Positions 7,689-17,212 of a stretch of 26,675 nt of DNA are shown here, piece by piece. Below the pieces are notes generated by a model. It worked only from the letters and a program-made list of their open reading frames with translations, did not search any database and was not told where the DNA came from. Made by a program: the position numbers and the translations under genes. The stretch's first letter is position 1; each line of letters opens with the position of its first letter. Origin of the DNA: Vulcanimicrobiaceae bacterium. Its GTDB lineage: Bacteria; Vulcanimicrobiota; Vulcanimicrobiia; Vulcanimicrobiales; Vulcanimicrobiaceae. The stretch lies in NCBI GenBank assembly GCA_046262595.1, contig JBHEMM010000035.1, forward strand, positions 1 through 26,675, read 5' to 3'.

Positions 7689-10052
7689 CTAACCAGCTGG
7701 GCACGACGCCTCGCGCGACGACGCGGCAGCCAGCGTTTCCCGATGAAATGCGCTCTGCTGGGCGAGAATGTCGGGCGTGTGCGCGAACCGCGGGTGGCGC
7801 CGCACGGCATTGAGCCGATACTCGGCGCGGGCGCGCCGGGCGATCTTCAAGCGGACCAACGCGTTCAGCGCGTCGCGTACGCAACCCCGGATATTTCGCG
7901 ACAGTTCAGGATCGACGAAAAGTCCATCGGGAAGCCCGCGCAAACGCGCCTGCACCGCGGCGAGTACGTCCTCAAATGTGAATGGTCCCTCGACCGTCAC
8001 GAGCCAATCGGCGAGCACCGCGCTGACCGTCACCGGCCGTGCCTTCTTCAGCTCGTCCTGCGCCCTGGTCCGGTTACGCAGCGGCACCACGCGGTAAAGT
8101 TGCGAGAATTTTCCCGTCCGCAGCGGATCGTAGCTGATCGCGCACAGGTAGATCTCGCGCGCGTGCGGCTCGACGCGCTGCCAAATCCCGCGAAACGGGA
8201 GCATCTTGCCGTCCACGGGATATTCGCCTTCGGGCGTGAGATAGAACGTTGCGCCGCGATCGATTGCGCTTTCGATGCGCTGCAGATCGCCCTCGACTCC
8301 CGAACGCATCTCATCGAACGCTTCCTTACGATAAGCCGTCTGCAGATCGGAAAGGCGCGCTTGAACCGTGTGTCCTTTCGCGCAAAGCGGGCTGCGCAGC
8401 AGATCGGCCGTCGTGGCATCGTGCAGGCCGGCGGCGGCGAGCAGCGGCGCTTTGAAGACATCGCGCAGCGGTGTGATGCCGTGGCGGCGCTGCACGGCAA
8501 ACGCCCAGCGTGCAATTGACCGCGACTGCAATTCATTCTCGAGCGGCAGCAAGCCCAAGCCGGCAAACAGCCAGCCGAAATTCGCGTTGCCCAAGAGCGC
8601 GCGCAGCCGCGGAACGCGCATCGTCATGAATCCCGGCTCGTACATGAGCCGCGCTGAGACGGCGAGCACCGGACACGACCGCGCGCTGCCTAAAATAAAA
8701 ACCGCAAGCGGCTCCATCAAATCCAAATCGATCTGGTGATTCGATATCACCAGCGCCGGGCCGCGTTCGCGCGGCAGCGCGCCCCACGAACGCATGCGGT
8801 TCTGCAGGTGCAGAAACGACCATACGGCGATCGATGCGGCGATGCGTAACGGCGAACCCCACCACGGAACGATCGGCCGCGCGCCGACGCCCAGCACCGT
8901 TACCGATCCCAGCGCAAAACAAACGGCAGCGCCGTAGAAAAGGGTCTGATAACCTGCCTCGCCGTTCCCGAACGCGGCAAGGACGGCGCCGCCCGCGAGC
9001 GGGGCGATCACCTGCGGAGCATTCTGCGCGATGCCCCAGATGCCGAGATCGCGCGCGACGTCACGCAGTTTGGGAACGGAATCGATCGCCAGCGCCCATC
9101 CGGTCGACATGATTCCGCCGAATCCGACGCCGAACAGCACCGCGAAACCGTACATCCAATGCTCGTTCGGAAACGTGGCAAAGCCCGCCGCCGCAACGGT
9201 CATGGGAATGCCGCATAGAGCGACGACGATCTTGCGCGAGACGCGATCCGAGAGCCAGCCGAGATAGATGCCCGAGATAATGGCTCCCGCCAGGGACGCG
9301 AATCCGACGTACGCCGTTCCGGCCGACGGATTGCCGGCGTGCAGAATGTCGCGGAAAAAATACAGCACGAACGTCATCAACAACGCAAGCCCGAACGCAA
9401 GAAAAAGACGCGCGATAAAGACAACGCTGAAATCGTGCCAGTCGCTCACGTGTGCGCGTTCTTCCCGAACGTTCGGCAGAGCGTTCTCGCGCTGCGCGAG
9501 CAGCACCACGGCGAACACGCCGAGCGCGACAGCCACGCCGATGAACGTGGTCGCCACCGTCGTTCCCGCCGCAACCGCGAATCCTAAAATCACGCCGAGC
9601 AGCGTTGCAATGTTGCGCACGCCCGAGGCCGCGCCCCACGATTCTTGCGGCACGACGTCCGGTATCATCGCTTGATATGCCGCCAGGCTGATGTTGGCTC
9701 CCATCGTCGCCACCAGAACGAGGACGACGAAGAGCGCCAGCGAGTGCACGTTCGCCAGCAGCACCAAGGCCGCCATATCCAAACCGGCGCCCGACCAGAT
9801 CAATACCCGCCGAGGGAGTCCGCGCGCGCGCAGACGGTCCGAAAGCGCTCCTGCGAGCGGCGGAACGATCATCGCGAGCAGCGACATCGATGCCAAAACC
9901 AAAGATAGCGCGCGAATGTGATCGCGCGGCGCAAGCACCGCTACGGCAGCGGGAATCGTGATCGCCGGAAGCGCGGTATCCTGGAAATGCAGCGGCACCC
10001 AAAACCCGTTGAGCGCGAGCGCCTCCCAAACGCGCCGGAGCGCTTGCCTCAC
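7689..10052 (-). CDS. MFS transporter fused to a C-terminal PlsC-like acyltransferase domain
   Basis: About 12 TM helices with MFS motifs GALSDRL and GWLSDRVSRK. C-terminal part has the acyltransferase HX4D motif (ISNHQIDLD) and FYLTPEG block. Confidence 0.85.
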   Translation of the reverse strand: MRQALRRVWEALALNGFWVPLHFQDTALPAITIPAAVAVLAPRDHIRALSLVLASMSLLAMIVPPLAGALSDRLRARGLPRRVLIWSGAGLDMAALVLLANVHSLALFVVLVLVATMGANISLAAYQAMIPDVVPQESWGAASGVRNIATLLGVILGFAVAAGTTVATTFIGVAVALGVFAVVLLAQRENALPNVREERAHVSDWHDFSVVFIARLFLAFGLALLMTFVLYFFRDILHAGNPSAGTAYVGFASLAGAIISGIYLGWLSDRVSRKIVVALCGIPMTVAAAGFATFPNEHWMYGFAVLFGVGFGGIMSTGWALAIDSVPKLRDVARDLGIWGIAQNAPQVIAPLAGGAVLAAFGNGEAGYQTLFYGAAVCFALGSVTVLGVGARPIVPWWGSPLRIAASIAVWSFLHLQNRMRSWGALPRERGPALVISNHQIDLDLMEPLAVFILGSARSCPVLAVSARLMYEPGFMTMRVPRLRALLGNANFGWLFAGLGLLPLENELQSRSIARWAFAVQRRHGITPLRDVFKAPLLAAAGLHDATTADLLRSPLCAKGHTVQARLSDLQTAYRKEAFDEMRSGVEGDLQRIESAIDRGATFYLTPEGEYPVDGKMLPFRGIWQRVEPHAREIYLCAISYDPLRTGKFSQLYRVVPLRNRTRAQDELKKARPVTVSAVLADWLVTVEGPFTFEDVLAAVQARLRGLPDGLFVDPELSRNIRGCVRDALNALVRLKIARRARAEYRLNAVRRHPRFAHTPDILAQQSAFHRETLAAASSREASCPAG

Positions 10053-12913
10053 GAGTGGTGAAACAGGGGCGCCGCTTGCCGTTCCAGCGCGCCCAAGCGC
10101 GCCGCATACGCGTCAACCAGGGCGAGCTGCGCCGCAGTCGGCGCGCCGTCGTACTGCTCCATCGTATACCGGACATAGGCCAGCTGTTCGGTAAGCTGCG
10201 CCGGCTGACGGTATCCGCTCGGTTCAGGATTGCGCAATTGCGCCGCGAGCACCATAGCGGCGGACGACTTCTGCGCCGAGAGGCGTGAGAGCAAAACCTC
10301 GGCACGCTCCTGGAGTCTCGCGACGTGCGAAGCTGCGTCGTACAGCGCGTGCAGCTGCGTCGAGCTCGCGCTGCTGCGCGGGTCCATCAATACGCTAACC
10401 GGCGCACGCAGCACGGGTGCGCCGGGGTCCGTCCCCGTGCGCACTTCGATCGTGTAACTCCCCGGCAAGACCTGCGGTCCTTCGATCGACATCGGAACGA
10501 AGATGTACGCCTCGCGAGCGTCCTGGACGGCGCGCGGTCCGCCCGGCGCCGCTTCGTGCAGATCCCATGTGAAGCGGTTCATTCCGGCGTGAACCTGCGC
10601 GTCGAACGCGTCGATTGACTCGCCGGTTGCGTTCAGCACGCGCACCGCAACCGACGGCTTTTTCTTCGGCGCAGCGGCTGGGGCGGCCGGAAGATACAGC
10701 GTCACCAGCGCGCCGTACGGTTTGTTCTGGGCAACGAATTCCCCGCGCCCCCGTTCGTGATACGGCAGGCCGGTGTAACGGTATGCCGGCATCGGCGCGA
10801 ACAATTGCGCCGCACGTTGGTCCTTCAGCTCTTGCAGCGGCGTGAGGTCATCCAAGACGTAGAAGCCGCGGCCGTGCGTTCCGAGAAGTAAGTCGTTGTC
10901 GCGCGGATGAATCTGCAGATCGTAGACCGGAACATGCGGCAGGCCGAGTTGCAGCGGCGTCCACCGCGAGCCTGCATCGAAGGAAACGAAGATGCCGCGC
11001 TCGGTCCCGGCGTAGAGCACCGATGCGTTGCGCGGGTCCTCGCGCACGACGTGCACGTAGCCGTTCAATCCCGGTCCAATCGCGCGCCACGTCTTGCCAA
11101 AGTCGGCGGTAGCATACGCATAGGCGCCGTCATCATCCCATTGATGGCGGTCGACCGCAACATACGCGACGCCCGGACGGCGCGCGGAAGGCGAGACCGA
11201 ACTGATGCGCGCGGGAAGCGTGAAGCCGGCGGCGCGCGCAAGATCGTTCCAATGCGCGCCGCCGTCGCGCGTGAGTTCCAAATGTCCGTTGTCGGTGCCG
11301 TACCACACCGTGCGGGCGTCGAGCGCGTCTTCGCCGATGCTGTAAATGGTGCAGTACGTTTCCGCGTTCGTGTCGTCGAGGGAAATCGGGCCGCCGCTGG
11401 CGTCCAATTGCCGCGCGCCGCAGTGCGTTAAGTCGGGGCTGAACACGCTCCACGTCGCGCCCGCATCGCTCGACCGGAAAAGCGCATTACCGCCGAAGTA
11501 CAGCGTGTCCGGGTGAAAATGCGAGAGCAGCAGTGGTGCACTCCAATTGAAGCGGTACGGATACGTTTTCGCGCCGGTCCCAAAGCCGAGCAGCGGCTGC
11601 GGCGAGATGTAGCGCCGCTCGCCGGTTTTGAGATCCAGCCGCGCCAGATCGCCGAAATGCGTGTCTTCGTAGACGATGCTGGCATCGCGCGGATCGGCCA
11701 TTGCGAACTGTCCGTCGCCCCAATCGGCGATGTTGAGCCAATCGCCGTCGCCGGCTGCATCGCGCAAGCTGAAGACGGTGCTCGGCCCCCACCAAACTTC
11801 GTGATCTTGCAGCCCGCCCATGACGTGATACGGCACCGCCATGTCGTAACCCACGCGGTATACCTGCGCAAACGGAACCACGTCGTCATACGACCACGTC
11901 TTTCCGCCGTTGACCGTGAAATGCAAACCCATGTCGCTGCCGTTGAGCATCCGATCGGGGTCCCGCGGGTCGATCCACAGATCGTGATTGTCGCCGCCGC
12001 CGCCGGCGTAACGGAACTTGCGCCCGCCGTCATCGGAGACCAGGAGCGCTCCGCCGATCGCATACACGCGCTGCGGATTTGCCGGGTGGCAGCGCACTTG
12101 CGAGAAGTAGAATGGACGGAAATTGATGTCTTGACTGGCGTTTCGCAGCTCCCAACGTTTGCCGCCGTCGGTCGAGCGGTACAACATGCCGCCCCGCACC
12201 GGAACGAAGGCATAGATCACGCGCGGATCGCTCGGGCAGATGCTTACGCCGACGCGGTTGATGTTGCCCGAAGGCAGACCGTTGTTCAGCCGTGCATCGG
12301 TGAGGCGCTTCCACGTCACGCCGCTGTCGGTCGATTTGAAGAGGCCGCTTCCCGGACCGCCGCTGCGCATGGTCCACGGCCGGCGCAGAAAATCGAACGT
12401 TCCGGCATAGGCGATCGACGCATGCTTCGGATCGAACGCCGCATCCGAGGCGCCCGTCGTGTTATTGACCGCAAGCACGCGCGTAAAATGCGCGCCGCCG
12501 TCCGCGCTGCGGTACAACCCGCGCCCGGCATCGGGAGCAAACTCCTTGCCGAGAACGGCGACGAGCAGGACGTTGCCGTTCGCGGGGCTGATCGCAATCC
12601 GGGTAATGAGCCCGGCGTGCTTGAAGCCGAGATGACGCCAGTGTTTGCCCGCATCGCTGCTTGCCCATAGGCCGTCGCCGGCATCGGCGGTGTTGCGCGG
12701 AAACGACTCGCCCGTCGCCGCAAAAATATGGCGCGGATTGTGCGGATCGAGCGCGATGGCTCCGATAGCACTGCTCTGCGCCGTGTCTAACATGGACGTG
12801 AACGAGAGGCCGCCGTCCGTACTCTTCCATAAGCCGCCCGAAGCATGGCCCAGATAGAACGTTTTCGGATCGCCCGGAACGCCCGCCACTACATCGAGGC
12901 GGCCGCCCATCAC
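10049..12913 (-). CDS. BNR/Asp-box (VPS10/sortilin-like) beta-propeller glycosyl-hydrolase-like protein; 5' end probably frameshifted
   Basis: Many SxDxGxTW Asp-boxes (KSTDGGLSF, SSDAGKHW, KSTDSGVTW, RSTDGGKRW, RSSDAGATW, TRDGGAHW, SFDAGSRW), plus RPFYF, DNHDLWIDP, GGLQD, YRFNWSAP. Homology-like sequence (DLHYRWLGPA) continues upstream of the called start. Confidence 0.88.
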   Translation of the reverse strand: MMGGRLDVVAGVPGDPKTFYLGHASGGLWKSTDGGLSFTSMLDTAQSSAIGAIALDPHNPRHIFAATGESFPRNTADAGDGLWASSDAGKHWRHLGFKHAGLITRIAISPANGNVLLVAVLGKEFAPDAGRGLYRSADGGAHFTRVLAVNNTTGASDAAFDPKHASIAYAGTFDFLRRPWTMRSGGPGSGLFKSTDSGVTWKRLTDARLNNGLPSGNINRVGVSICPSDPRVIYAFVPVRGGMLYRSTDGGKRWELRNASQDINFRPFYFSQVRCHPANPQRVYAIGGALLVSDDGGRKFRYAGGGGDNHDLWIDPRDPDRMLNGSDMGLHFTVNGGKTWSYDDVVPFAQVYRVGYDMAVPYHVMGGLQDHEVWWGPSTVFSLRDAAGDGDWLNIADWGDGQFAMADPRDASIVYEDTHFGDLARLDLKTGERRYISPQPLLGFGTGAKTYPYRFNWSAPLLLSHFHPDTLYFGGNALFRSSDAGATWSVFSPDLTHCGARQLDASGGPISLDDTNAETYCTIYSIGEDALDARTVWYGTDNGHLELTRDGGAHWNDLARAAGFTLPARISSVSPSARRPGVAYVAVDRHQWDDDGAYAYATADFGKTWRAIGPGLNGYVHVVREDPRNASVLYAGTERGIFVSFDAGSRWTPLQLGLPHVPVYDLQIHPRDNDLLLGTHGRGFYVLDDLTPLQELKDQRAAQLFAPMPAYRYTGLPYHERGRGEFVAQNKPYGALVTLYLPAAPAAAPKKKPSVAVRVLNATGESIDAFDAQVHAGMNRFTWDLHEAAPGGPRAVQDAREAYIFVPMSIEGPQVLPGSYTIEVRTGTDPGAPVLRAPVSVLMDPRSSASSTQLHALYDAASHVARLQERAEVLLSRLSAQKSSAAMVLAAQLRNPEPSGYRQPAQLTEQLAYVRYTMEQYDGAPTAAQLALVDAYAARLGALERQAAPLFHHS

Positions 12914-12996
12914 GGCGGGGCCGAGCCAGCGGTAATGCAGATCACCGAACGAAGAATGATTGCCAGCAAGCCGTTCACCTGGCTTGCAATTGGCGT

Positions 12997-13350
12997 CTAA
13001 GCTTCGGGAGCCTCCGGCGGTTCAAGCCAGCGCTGCGCCCACTGCGCGATTTCGTCGAGCGCCGGCTGCAGGTCGCGCCCGCGTTGCGTCAGATCGTAGA
13101 CCACCCGTACCGGCGATCCGGCATGCACGTCGCGGCGGACGATGCGCTCGGCCTCCAACTCGCGCAGACGCTCGGTCAGCAGACGGTCCGAGATTCCGGG
13201 AATGGCGCAGACGAGCTCATTGAAACGGCGCGGGCGGGCGGCGAGGGTCCGGACGATTGCGCCCGTCCAACGGCGGCCAATCAGTTCGACGGCGCGATGA
13301 TATCTCGGACACAGGCCCGAGGGGTGCACGGCGGTTGGGCTCGGGCTCAT
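12997..13350 (-). CDS. HxlR/DUF24 (MarR-type) winged-helix regulator
   Basis: LCPRYHRAVELIGRRW...RRFNEL...IPGISDRLLTERLRELE...PVRVVYDLTQRGRDL. The N-terminal Cys matches redox/quinone-sensing YodB/HypR-type members. Confidence 0.92.
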   Translation of the reverse strand: MSPSPTAVHPSGLCPRYHRAVELIGRRWTGAIVRTLAARPRRFNELVCAIPGISDRLLTERLRELEAERIVRRDVHAGSPVRVVYDLTQRGRDLQPALDEIAQWAQRWLEPPEAPEA

Positions 13351-13437
13351 GGCATCGCAGCTTCCTCTGGGCCTTTCAGGCTATCATAGCTCGAACCGCA
13401 AGGACAAGCGGCGCTTGCGGGTGTAGCCGTAGCGCCT

Positions 13438-15147
13438 ATGCCCGGCGCCAACGTCTTGCTCCCCGCCCGCAACTTCGGCGACATCGGCGCGCCGCCGCCC
13501 GACCTTGCGCATTTGCAAGCGCACTACGCGAGGCTTTCGAGCGATCTGGACGGCGCTGCCAACAGCGCGCAGGCGCTTGCCGTCTTTTCCGCCTGGGACG
13601 GCCTTCGGCGCGAATTTACGACATGGGCATCGTTGACGGAGCTGCACTTTCAGCAAGACACGAACGATCCGCGCTACCGGGCAGCGAACGATCTGCTCAA
13701 CGAGCTGCGTCCCAAAGTCACCGGCCTCGATGTCGCGATCAAGCAAAAGTTCTTAGCCGGTGCGCTGCGGCCCGAACTCGAACGCACGCTCGGCGCATAT
13801 TTGTTCGAGCGGTGGGCGCTCGATGTCACCGCGTTCGATCCGGCGATCGAGTCGCACGCCGTGCGCGAAGCGCAAATCGCCGACGAGTACACCGCGCTGC
13901 TGGCTGGCGCGGCGTTCGATTTTCAAGGCGAACGCGCAAACCTCTCGACGATTTCCAAGTGGCGCGAAGATCGGGATCGCGAGGTGCGCCGCCAAGCGGA
14001 GATCACGAAGTGGTCGTTTTTCACCGAGCATGCGAGCGAGCTGGACGAACGCTACGGCGAGCTCGTGCGCGTGCGTCACGAGATGGCACGCACACTGGGA
14101 TTGCGCGATTTCACCGATTTAGGGTACCGGCGCATGCTGCGGACCGGCTACGGCACCGCAGAGGTTGCGCGCTATCGCGAGGACATCGTGCGCGAGATCG
14201 TGCCGCTTGCCCAACGCATCGTGCAGCGGCAGGTCAGCGATTTGGGCGTCGATTGCCTGATGTATTGGGACGAGCCGGTCTTCGATCTGCGCCGCCCGCC
14301 GCAGCCGCCGCAGCGTTACGCACAGTTGATCGCAAGCGCCTCGGACGCGTTCGCCGGCGTTGATGGCGAAGTCGGCGCCTTCGCGCGGCTCATGATAGAG
14401 AGCGATCTGCTCGACTTGCAGGCGCGCGACGGCAAAGCGGGCGGCGGATTCTGCACCTCGTTCCCGGCGTACGGCCTGCCGTACATCTTCGCGAACTTCA
14501 ACGGCACGACGGGCGACGTCAACGTGCTGCTGCATGAAATGGGCCATGCGTTTCAAGGCTACGCCAGCCGCACGATGCCGGTCATGGAATATCTGTGGCC
14601 GACGTACGAGGCCTGCGAAGTGCACTCGATGAGCATGGAGTTCTTCGCTTGGCCGCAGCTCGAGAAGTTTTTCGGCGACGACGCGCAGCGTTATCGGGAA
14701 CAGCATTTGAAGTCCTCGCTGCTCTTTCTGCCTTACGGCGCGGCGGTCGATCACTTTCAACACTTCGTCTACGAACGACCCGACGCATCGGCGCGCGAGC
14801 GCAACGCGTACTGGAAGCAACTTGAAGCGACGTATTTGCCGTGGAGACAGTACGGCGGCATCGAACATCTGGAGCGCGGCGGTTTGTGGCAGGCCCAGCG
14901 GCACATCTATCAGATGCCGTTCTACTACATCGATTACACGCTTGCGTTGTGCTGCGCGCTGCAGTTCTGGTCGCACTCACTCGACGATTACGGTGCGGCG
15001 CTTTCAGCATACACGGCGCTCTGCCGGCGCGGCGGCGAATTGCCGTTTCAAGAACTTGTGCGCAGCGCCGGACTGCGGTCGCCGTTCGATGCCGGCGTCT
15101 TGCGCGGCGTCGCAGAGCGCGCCGCACAGGTTCTCGATCTGCCCTAA
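13438..15147 (+). CDS. M3B-family oligoendopeptidase (PepF-like)
   Basis: Zn motif LLHEMGHAFQ, ACEVHSMSMEF, GKAGGGFCT, QRHIYQMPFYYIDY. Confidence 0.93.
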   Translation: MPGANVLLPARNFGDIGAPPPDLAHLQAHYARLSSDLDGAANSAQALAVFSAWDGLRREFTTWASLTELHFQQDTNDPRYRAANDLLNELRPKVTGLDVAIKQKFLAGALRPELERTLGAYLFERWALDVTAFDPAIESHAVREAQIADEYTALLAGAAFDFQGERANLSTISKWREDRDREVRRQAEITKWSFFTEHASELDERYGELVRVRHEMARTLGLRDFTDLGYRRMLRTGYGTAEVARYREDIVREIVPLAQRIVQRQVSDLGVDCLMYWDEPVFDLRRPPQPPQRYAQLIASASDAFAGVDGEVGAFARLMIESDLLDLQARDGKAGGGFCTSFPAYGLPYIFANFNGTTGDVNVLLHEMGHAFQGYASRTMPVMEYLWPTYEACEVHSMSMEFFAWPQLEKFFGDDAQRYREQHLKSSLLFLPYGAAVDHFQHFVYERPDASARERNAYWKQLEATYLPWRQYGGIEHLERGGLWQAQRHIYQMPFYYIDYTLALCCALQFWSHSLDDYGAALSAYTALCRRGGELPFQELVRSAGLRSPFDAGVLRGVAERAAQVLDLP

Positions 15148-15611
15148 GGCGTAGGCGAGGCCACGCTCACCGGCAACGGCGTGCGGCGGGGCACGGGCTT
15201 GCCGCTAACCACCGGCCGAGGCGTAACCTGCGGCACGGGCGTGAAGATCGCGAGCGGCGGCGCTTGCGGAACGGCGCGGTTAAACGGTGTCGGCGTGGCA
15301 AACGGCGGCGCTTTGGCGATGCGAATTGCCATGACGCGCGTGCGCGGATCGTAAGCGACTTGCGCGCCCAGCGCCCGCAGCACGGGCGCTATCGCGATGT
15401 AACCGTCATACGCCGCAACTTCTGAAAAGCGATCGCCGCGCCGCACGGTGACCCGCGCGCCGTCGGTTTCGATGCTCGCCGCCAAGAGGGTGATATAGGG
15501 TTCCAGCGGCGCCATGACGCGGCCGCGCAGCAGATACGCCGCGTGATACGCGCGCACCGGAGTGCCGTTGAGCACCACGTGCAGCGCAACAGCCCCTAGT
15601 GGGAAAATCAT
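15144..15611 (-). CDS. Copper-amine-oxidase N-terminal (stalk)-like domain protein with Pro-rich tail
   Basis: VVLNG, GRVMAPL and YIAIAPVLRALGAQVAYDPRTRVMAI match the stalk-domain pattern. The C-terminus is P/T-rich. Confidence 0.7.
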   Translation of the reverse strand: MIFPLGAVALHVVLNGTPVRAYHAAYLLRGRVMAPLEPYITLLAASIETDGARVTVRRGDRFSEVAAYDGYIAIAPVLRALGAQVAYDPRTRVMAIRIAKAPPFATPTPFNRAVPQAPPLAIFTPVPQVTPRPVVSGKPVPRRTPLPVSVASPTP

Positions 15612-15640
15612 CGCCGGACCACGATAGTAGGGGAGGCATG

Positions 15641-16513
15641 ATGCGGCTCATATTGGCGTTCCAAGAAGCGGGCGTGCGCTTTTCTCGCGACGGATGCGCG
15701 TTTTTGTCCCAGGCCATCGCATTCAACGCGCTCTTTGCGATCTTTCCGCTGATCGTGCTTGTGCTTACGGTTGCTTCCGTCGTCATTCCGAACGCCGAGA
15801 AGCAGCTGCTCAGTTTCTTCGATACATTCGCTCCGGCGCTGCACGACACCATCGCCGAGAACGTCCGCACGTACGTGTACGGCCGCGGCATCTCCAGCAT
15901 CATTGCGTTTGTCGTGGTGATCTGGGCGTCGAAGAATCTGTTCATGGGTTTGGCGTACGCGCTCAACCGGGCGCTTGCGGTGCCGAAGAGCCGCCCGCTG
16001 TATCACGATCTGCTCCTCTCCATCGTCATGCTGCCGCTCACCGGCCTGATGCTGATCGTGGCGATCGGCATGCCGGTTGCGGTTTCGGTCGTCTTCAGCG
16101 TCGCGCAGATACCCGATCCTCAGCACTTCTCGCAGCTTCTGGCATATGGGCTTTCGATGGCCATGGTGTTCGTGGTCGTTGTTTTTCTGTATACGTTTCT
16201 GCCGAACCGCCAGGTGCACTGGCAATTCGCCGTACCCGGCGCGACGTTCGTGGCGCTTGCGTGGCCGGCGGTGCAGTACGCCTTCGCCTTCTACACCGTG
16301 CACGTGAATTTCGCGCGCATTTATGGCGCGCTCTCCGCGCCGCTCGTGCTGCTGCTGTGGTTCTACATTATCGGCCTCATCTTTTTCTTCGGCGCCGAGC
16401 TGAGCGCGGGTTGGGCGCACCACAAGGGCTCCGAAGAGGTCTCGCCGCTCGTCGATCCGATTAAGCCGACGGAGGAGCACCTCGTTCGAACCGAGGGCGC
16501 AGGCGGAGCGTGA
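15641..16513 (+). CDS. YihY/virulence factor BrkB family membrane protein
   Basis: AIAFNALFAIFPL, LYTFLPN, NFARIYGALSAPLVLLLWFY..GLIFFFGAE. GGGAGG SD before ATG 15638/15641. Confidence 0.92.
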   Translation: MRLILAFQEAGVRFSRDGCAFLSQAIAFNALFAIFPLIVLVLTVASVVIPNAEKQLLSFFDTFAPALHDTIAENVRTYVYGRGISSIIAFVVVIWASKNLFMGLAYALNRALAVPKSRPLYHDLLLSIVMLPLTGLMLIVAIGMPVAVSVVFSVAQIPDPQHFSQLLAYGLSMAMVFVVVVFLYTFLPNRQVHWQFAVPGATFVALAWPAVQYAFAFYTVHVNFARIYGALSAPLVLLLWFYIIGLIFFFGAELSAGWAHHKGSEEVSPLVDPIKPTEEHLVRTEGAGGA

Positions 16514-17193
16514 CGTTACTGTTCATCCATGGCGCAGGTTTTACCGGCGCCTGCTTCGAGCGGCAGCTGCGCGCTTTTCCCGGTTCACAGGCGCCGAACA
16601 TGCCCGGGCATTGCGAGCCCGGCGCTCCCGCGAGCATCGAGGACCTGGCGCTCTCCATCGCTTTTTACGCAGCGCACAACGACCTCTCGGAGATCGTGCT
16701 TTGCGGGCATTCGATGGGCGGCGCCATCGCGCTGCATATTGCGCTGGAACAGCTGCTGCCCCTCAAAGGACTGGTCCTGTTGGGCTCCGGCGCGCGGATG
16801 CGCGTCGCACCCGCTTTTCTGGAAGGCATGAAGGCCGACTTCGCCGGGACCGCGCGCGAGATGTCGGCAATGTTCTTTGCAGAACCTCTTCCGCGTCTGG
16901 TCGACTGGGCCGCCGCGACCATGCTCACGGTGGGGGCCGCGCAGACCCGCCGGGATTTTGAGGCATGCAACGCGTTCGATGTGATGGAGCGCCTCGGCGA
17001 GATCGATCTGCCGCTGCTTGCGCTCACCGGGGAGAGCGACCGCATGGCGCCCTCGAAGTATGCTCAGACGTTTGCCGACCGGGTGCCGGGCGCGCAGAGC
17101 AGAATCATTCCGGATGCCGGACACTTCGTCATGGTCGAACGGCCCGAAGAAACAAACGAGGCAATCGCGACGTTTCTCTCGGGAATCGTTTAA
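16510..17193 (+). CDS. Alpha/beta-fold hydrolase
   Basis: LFIHGAG, nucleophile elbow GHSMGG, GESD and AGHFVMVERP (Ser-Asp-His triad). GTGA overlap with yihY. Confidence 0.92.
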   Translation: MTLLFIHGAGFTGACFERQLRAFPGSQAPNMPGHCEPGAPASIEDLALSIAFYAAHNDLSEIVLCGHSMGGAIALHIALEQLLPLKGLVLLGSGARMRVAPAFLEGMKADFAGTAREMSAMFFAEPLPRLVDWAAATMLTVGAAQTRRDFEACNAFDVMERLGEIDLPLLALTGESDRMAPSKYAQTFADRVPGAQSRIIPDAGHFVMVERPEETNEAIATFLSGIV

Positions 17194-17212
17194 CATCGCT
17201 GAAAGGACCGTT

